Below, in pieces: positions 57,071-64,000 of a stretch of 64,000 bases of DNA; positions within the stretch are counted from its first letter, which is position 1; each line of letters opens with the position of its first letter. This DNA is from the human T2T-CHM13v2.0 reference genome, Homo sapiens. The notes under the pieces were generated by a model. That model was not told where the DNA came from. It searched no databases and saw only the letters and a list, made by a program, of their open reading frames with translations. The stretch is taken from assembly GCF_009914755.1 (NCBI RefSeq), contig NC_060930.1. One strand, given 5' to 3'. Both the position numbers and the translations under genes were made by a program.

Positions 57071-60000
57071 AATGGGACATTTAAGGCCCCACGTAGTCTC
57101 ACAGCTTCTCATTCCCATTAAGGAGAGATGGTGGATTAATACACTTGGCTTGCCTCTATTTCCTGCTTCTCACCTGAATCTCAGAGGACCAGGAAGTAAG
57201 AGGAGTTGGGGCAACTAACTAGCATGGGCTATGTGTGCGATAGGTCAGTCACTGAACTGGGCCCTTTATATGTGGTCTTAGTTAATTCTCACAACAAACT
57301 AGGGAGTTATGAAATTGTCATATTTGATCAATGTGGAAGCCTGACGGTCTCAGAATTTGACTCAGATCTGTGTGGATTTAAGTAACCTTTCTAGGTCCTG
57401 TTGCTTCTGACGGCTACTTTGATGGCTACTTTCAAAAAAGATTCATGACGCTGTTACATATGAAAATAAAAATCGGATGAATTTTATGAACTTGGTGCAA
57501 AATGTGGGCTTTACCCCACAAACAGTAAAATGTCACTGAACCCACAGGGCCAAGCAGCTTGGGAGCTCCAGCAGGACTACCAAGGGCTGCCACTGGCTGT
57601 CTGACAGTGCCTGGCAGGAACACAGCCCATCAAGCAGGAGAGAAGAGAGCAGCACATAGCCAGCTGCAAGCCCCCGAGAAGTATACCAAAATCAGGGAAT
57701 TTGCATAGTAAAATTGAAAGCATATTTGCATTCAAGAATCAAACGCATGCATTACCACTGTCCTGGAAATAGGCTGACTCAGACCATACGACTAAATAAA
57801 AGAATAATGTTTACTCAGAACTGATGTACTTGTTTAAAAAGTTAATGTTTTAAGCTTTCTGCCTTCTAGCAAAACATTGCTAATCTAATTAGAGCTTTCC
57901 AACCCCTCTTGGCCTGCAAGCAGGCCTGCTGTGCATTGACTGCTCACCAGACAGGATGGACCCTGGGCCCTTTCTGCTCACCCCCTCAGCTTAAAAAGTT
58001 CAGCTCAACCCTCCTTCTCATCTCCAAATGTTTTCTTCTAATTTCTAAGCCAGCCACCAGCACATTCCAGCACTTTGCACTCCCTAGAATCCCAGAAAGC
58101 AAGTTTATTTGTGTGATAGGTCTTCCCTCAAAGACATTCTTAGAACGCTATGTGGTGGAGCAACTGCTATCTAATTGCAAAGGCAAGGAGGTTTTAGCAA
58201 CAGTAGAGGGTTTTTATCATGTTGAGGCCACTTATGAGGAGGGGATCTTTAAACCTTCCCCAACTCAAACTTCAGCAAGTTAGTTTATTGAAACTTTTTT
58301 CCCATACCCAAGTTGAAGCTGGCTAGCTCTTTTTTTATCCAGGGAACTAGAGGGTGGTGGCTGGAGAGGTTATGGATGATAAAGTTTAAGATTGAGGTGG
58401 AATTAATTAGTGGTAATCTCATTCTAAACCTAGTTTGCTTTCAATCATTCTAGATTCAGGAAGGAGTGAGCCCCAAGGGTGTTATAAAAATATCGTGAAA
58501 TAAAAATATAAATGCAAGTCTGTGAAGTTTTCCTGCAATTTACACCGAAAGGGAATTAGTCTGGCTGCAAAGTGTCTGGGGATGCTGGGTAAGAACATGG
58601 TAGGTGGGGAGCCCTGCCTTATTTCTCCCCAATTCCCACAGTTGCTGACTTTGGAGATGACGAACAAATGAAGTAGAATTGGTTTTAGGGGCAGAAATCA
58701 TGGAAGTTTGCATTCAGCACTCTTGCAGTTCCAGAACCTCCTTCTACCCACCTCTTACTTCATATTTACATATCCCACAAGGGGGCAGTTTGTGGAGGCA
58801 TTGGCATTCCCACTTAACAAAGGCATCACATGAGACACGGAGTGGTTAAGTGGTTTGCCTAGGATCACATGGCTATTTCGTACCATAGGTGGGATTAAAA
58901 ACTTAGCAAATGCAGTTTCCAAAGCCCTGAATTGTTGAACTATTCACTGTAGGAAATGTTAAGATTCCTCCTTTCTCACAGATAGGTTGTAGGGGAAGCA
59001 AAATCATAACCGTTTCTTCCTCATCTCAGTTCCCCTCTGCACCTTTGAAAGGTTGAAGTATGTGTATTTAGTGACTCTAGGACAAGAAACCCTGGAGCCT
59101 GATGAGATACAGTTCCGTCCTTGCATCTCAGTGCTCAGAGCTCAACCCTTTAACCATCTCTTAGGGCTGAGTAGCTTTATCATGCATCCACACCCAGGAG
59201 GGCCCTTGGCTCCTGTGTTTGCAAATGCATAGGGTATCTCTAAGCAGAAGAACTTATTTTCTTTCAATTCTCCCTAGCATCTGAAACTGACATCAAATTC
59301 TAGTTGGTAGGTTTAATAATCCTGGTGAAGAAGTATTATTAAACAGTGAAATCAGCAGTTAAAAAAAAAAAAACAAACAAAAACAAGCAAACCAACCAAC
59401 CAACCTAGTGTGCTTGTGGCTCAGAACAAATATGGTGGAAGGAAACCAGCTTATTTTGTTCAAGCTGTTACTCAAGCATGTTAATGTTGAGTGAATTTTT
59501 TAAACATATGCTGAGGTAGTTCACCTGTTCATGGTTTGCTTGAGTCAGATTCTGTTGTGTCTTTTTTGAGAAAAAAAGCTGTGATTCTATTTCCTAGTTA
59601 ATTTATTAATTACGCTCCACCTGAACGCAGCAGTTAGCATTGCTATTATCTCCTGGATCAAATGCCACTCTGCACAATACTTTCATTGTAACTTAGAATT
59701 CAGCCATCACCCAGTTGCAATATATGGGAGATTATATCAAAAGTAATGTTTACAGTGTGCTAACAGCCTCATAAAGATAAACATCAGAAATTCATTTGAA
59801 AACCTAAATCACTGTGTCAGTTATGTTTCCATAAATGGCTTCCTTATGTATTTGTCTATACTTCAGCATGCATCTATTTGCCAAGACTTTCAGCAGACCC
59901 TGCCGTTGACTCATTCCAGGAGGAGTGAGGGTATGGCCTGTGGATACAGAGGAACAGTTGGTTCCACAGGCCACTTCTCCTACTTCCCTTTGGTTCCATT

Positions 60001-60229
60001 GCCAGACACATAAGGAAAGGAGATGCTTTCAATTTAGGAGCTGAGAAAATAGTTCAACCATACTCCCTGATGTTGTGTAGAGTCTGGTTCTGTCTGTGCT
60101 GCTTCTACCCAGGAACTGAGTTGGTGAGGCAACTTTCTGACTCACCTATTTGTGCTCCCATTCCTGAATCAAGAGGAGAAGATGATGTTGATGTAGGACA
60201 CTTCAAATGCCCACATTTTTCTGGTGCAG

Positions 60230-60480
60230 GGGCTAGGAGTGCTGGCTTTGGAGTCACTGAGACTTCAGATTCAGCACCAATTCCATCACTTGCTAATTGT
60301 ATAATTTGCTTACTTATACAATAGGATAAGTTACTTACACTCTCTGAGCTTCAGTTGCCTGATACTTCAAATGGGGGCCATGAGTGTAACAATCTAATAG
60401 GGCATTTGTGAGGATTAAGTAATCACACATATAGCACCTACGTCAGTCTTCCAAGTAAATGAAAAAAGTACCAAGTAAAT
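60230..60480 (+). mobile_element. MIR
   Basis: GGCTTTGGAGTCA...ATAAGTTACTTACACTCTCTGAGCTTCAGTTGCC...TGTGAGGATTAAGT. Confidence 0.75.
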
Positions 60481-61763
60481 GATGAATAAAGGTAAATTAG
60501 TATTGTTATGTTTGCCAACTGGGAGGACCACCTACAGGGCTGTTACAGAGAATAAATATAAAAATGCAGGCCAGAGCCTTTAGCACAGCCCTTGGTCTGT
60601 GCCTGCAGACTTTCTGGTATGACAATAGAGAGAAAATCTGTATTCATACTCAATTGGTGGATTTTAATTAGTCAGTAAAATAAACTATCTCTCTAGGTGC
60701 CATAAGGTTGCAGGTGTGGGAATCTGTTTCAAATGCCCTTCTCATTTCTATTTGCTGTTTCTTTGTTCTGACACATGCTGGGTAGATGGGCGCATTTCCA
60801 AAGCTGAAATGTCTGGATTTGGTCAAGAATCAAAACATTGTCTGTAGTTTATCTTCTGATCGCTCAGTTTATCCCAGGAGACTAAAGACCACCCTGAGAC
60901 TTTAATTTTGGCATTCAAGCAAACTGGCATCCTCTGGAGATGAGCACCCAGGTACCAAGTATGTATAATTCTTGATGCATAAATATATACGCAGGCAGAA
61001 AGCCAGGATTCCAAGCTTGTGGTGAGTCAGCCTGAGCCCCAAAGGCTAACAGGACTGAGCGGTACTTTTTGTGCTGAGCCTAGAGGCCCCTAGGTTGGAC
61101 TTTGATAGGATTTTTGATCTAAGTACTTTTTATCAGGTAATGATGCCATCTGAAATTTCCACAATATATTCTTTTCAAAGATCTTTTACATACAATATTG
61201 TATTACAACAATTCTGTGATATAAGCAAGGCAAAGACTCATTCTCCCTTTACCTTAGGAAGAAAATGTATGTCTAGAGAGATTAAGTGGTTCCATGCACA
61301 CATTGAGTTATTGACAGCTTGGAACACGTAGTTAGGAAGGATACTTGAGGAGAGATTTGCTGCTGGAATGGTTATCAGTCAAAGAGGGGTCTCTTTTTCT
61401 CTCTGGGAGGGGAGCTCCTTATAAAATGAGGGCTTTGGATGAGGTTACTTCTGTGGTTCCGTGGTTCTTACATGTTACATTGTTGTTTCCTGATTTCCAG
61501 CCCTTCTTGCCTGCCTCCGGGATTCTCAGTTAGCGTGTGATTTTCAGTTCTGATGAAAAATTCTTCCTTGGCTCTAGGCCTACCAACTTCAGTCAATATT
61601 GCTAACTCTATGAAATGGTTCTCACACTTTTGTGTGCATCAAACTTATCTGTGGTACTTGTAAAAAATAGACTACAGACCAAAGTTTACAACACTTAAGA
61701 GACTCTGATGGGAGTGTGTGTGTGCATGTGGGTGTGTGTGTGTTGGTTGGTTGAGAGTGAATT

Positions 61764-62172
<409 letters not shown>

Positions 62173-62193
62173 TCAGATAATTCAATCTAGTGC

Positions 62194-62691
62194 TTATAAG
62201 TCCTGAGTGGAACACTTGGGTAGAAATATCATGACTAGGAGAGGGCAGCCAAGATGGCTGAATAGGAACAGCTCCGGTCTACAGCTCCCAGCGTGAGTGA
62301 CGCAGAAGACCGGTGATTTCTGCATTTCCATCTGAGGTACCAGGTTCATCTCACTAGGGAGTGCCAGACAGTGGGCACAGGACAGTGGGTGCAGCACACC
62401 ATGCGAGAGCCGAAGCAGGGCGAGGCATAGCCTCACTCGGGAAGCACAAGGGGTCAGGGAGTTCCCTTTCCTAGTCAAAGAAAGGGGTGACAGACGGCAC
62501 CTGGAAAATCGGGTCACTCCCACCCGAATACTGCACTTTTCTGAGGGTCTTAAAAAACGGCGCACCAGGAGATGATATCCCGCACCTGGCTCGGAGGGTC
62601 CTACACCCACGGAGTCTCGCTGATTGCTAACACAGCAGTCTGAGATCAAACTGCAAGGCGGCAGCGAGGCAGGGGGAGGGGCGCCCGCCAT
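62194..62691 (-). CDS. ORF0: L1 ORF0, open and extended to 165 aa (expression unknown)
   Basis: MAGAPPPASLPPCSLISDCC... starts at codon 88 of ORF 62194..62952; Kozak context GCAATGG. Confidence 0.5.
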   Translation of the reverse strand: MAGAPPPASLPPCSLISDCCVSNQRDSVGVGPSEPGAGYHLLVRRFLRPSEKCSIRVGVTRFSRCRLSPLSLTRKGNSLTPCASRVRLCLALLRLSHGVLHPLSCAHCLALPSEMNLVPQMEMQKSPVFCVTHAGSCRPELFLFSHLGCPLLVMIFLPKCSTQDL

Positions 62692-63273
62692 TGCCCAGGC
62701 ATGTTTAGATAACAAAGCAGCTGGGAAGCTACAACTGGGTGGAGCCCACCACGGCTCAAGGAGGCCTGCCTGCCTCTGTAGGCTCCACCTCTGGGGGCAG
62801 GGCACAGACAAACAAAAAGACAGCAGTAACCTCTGCAGACTTAAATGTTCCTGTCTGATAGCTTTGAAGAGAGCAGTGGTTCTCCCAGCCCGCAGCTGGA
62901 GATCTGAGAATGGGCAGACTGCCTCCTCAAGTGGGTCCCTGACCCCTGACACCTGAGCAGCCTAACTGGGAGGCACCCCCCAGTATGGGCAGACTGACAC
63001 CTCACACGGCTGGGTACTCCTCTGAGACAAAACTTCCAGAGGAACGATCAGACAGCAGCATTCACGGTTCACGAAAATCCGCTGTTCTGCAGCCACCGCT
63101 GCTGTTACCCAGGCAAACAGGGTCTGGAGTGAACCTCTAGCAAACTCCCACAGACCTGCAGCTGAGGGTCCTGTCTGTTAGAAGGAAAACTAACAAACAG
63201 AAAGGACATCCACACCAAAAACCCATCTGTACATCACCATCATCAAAGACCAAAAGTAGATAAAACCACAAAG
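62238..63273 (+). promoter_or_regulatory. L1 5' UTR bidirectional promoter (YY1 site at ~62250; antisense promoter)
   Basis: CAAGATGGC YY1 motif; partly retained CpGs; known L1PA architecture. Confidence 0.8.
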
Positions 63274-64000
63274 ATGGCGAAAAAACAGAGCAGAAAAACT
63301 GAAAACTCTAAAAAGCAGAGCACCTCTCCTCCTCCAAAGGAATCCAGTGCCTCACCAGCAATGGAACAAAGCAGGACAGAGAATGACTTTGACGAGTTGA
63401 GAGAAGTCTTCAGATGATCAAACTACTCCGAGCTACAGGAGGAAATTCAAACCAAAGGCAAAGAAGTTAAAAACTTGAAAAAAACTTAGGTGAATCTACA
63501 ACTAGAATAACCAATACAGAGAAGTCCCTAAAGGACCTGATGGAGCTGAAAGTCAAGGCTCAAGAACTACGTGAAGAATGCAGAAGCCTCAGGAGCCGAT
63601 GCGATCAACTGGAAGAAAGGGTATCAGTGATGGAAGATCAAATGAATGAAATGAAGCGAGAAGGGAAGTTTAGAGAAAAAAGAATAAAAAGAAACGAACA
63701 AAGCCTCCAAGAAATGAGGGAATATGTGAAAAGACGAAATCTACATCTGATTGGTGTACCTGAAAGTGACAGGGAGAATGGAATCAAGTTGGAAAACACT
63801 CTGCAGGATATGATCTAGGAGAACTTCCCCAATCTAGTGAGGCAGGCCAACATTCAGATTCAGGAAATACAGAGAAAGCCACAAAGATACTCCTCAAGAA
63901 GAGCAACTCCAAGACACATAATTGTCAGATTCACCAAAGTTGAAATGAAGGAAAAAATGTTAAGGGCAGCCAGAGAGAAAGGTCGGGTTACCCACAAAGG
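63274..64000 (+). pseudogene. L1 ORF1, disrupted
   Basis: ATG at 63274 (MAKKQSRKTENSKKQS), TGA at 63415-17; later ORF1 peptide MELKVKAQELREEC ends in TAG at 63816-18. Confidence 0.92.

Larger units (their letters stand above)
62238..64000 (+). mobile_element. L1PA3 5' end (complete 5' UTR and ORF1), continuing past the window
   Basis: GGAGAGGGCAGCCAAGATGGCTGAATAGGAACAGCTCCGG start; TCACTAGGGAGTGCC and TTAAAAAACGGCGCACCAGGAG are PA3-like. Confidence 0.95.

Overview
AT-rich, repeat-dense primate genomic DNA, most likely human or another hominoid (AluY, AluS, AluJ and L1PA3 are present). It looks like a large intron or intergenic region. I find no convincing cellular protein-coding gene, tRNA, rRNA or CRISPR array. 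The recognisable ORFs are decayed LINE-1 ORF1/ORF2 fragments or Alu translations. Main elements: a full-length minus-strand L1PB nested in an L2 (13.0-19.5 kb), a tail-less internal L1PA fragment (23.3-24.9 kb), a twin-primed L1PA3 with an 18-bp TSD (42.0-45.1 kb) inside an old MaLR provirus, and the 5' end of an L1PA3 (62.2 kb to window end) with an open, extended ORF0 and the ZNF93-bound segment. The most unusual item is a ~240-bp L1 insertion at 30.7-31.0 kb that combines a 3' transduction with a twin-priming inversion. I found no new biological system. Repeat subfamily names come from recall of consensus sequences, not a RepeatMasker run, and boundaries of old repeats are approximate.
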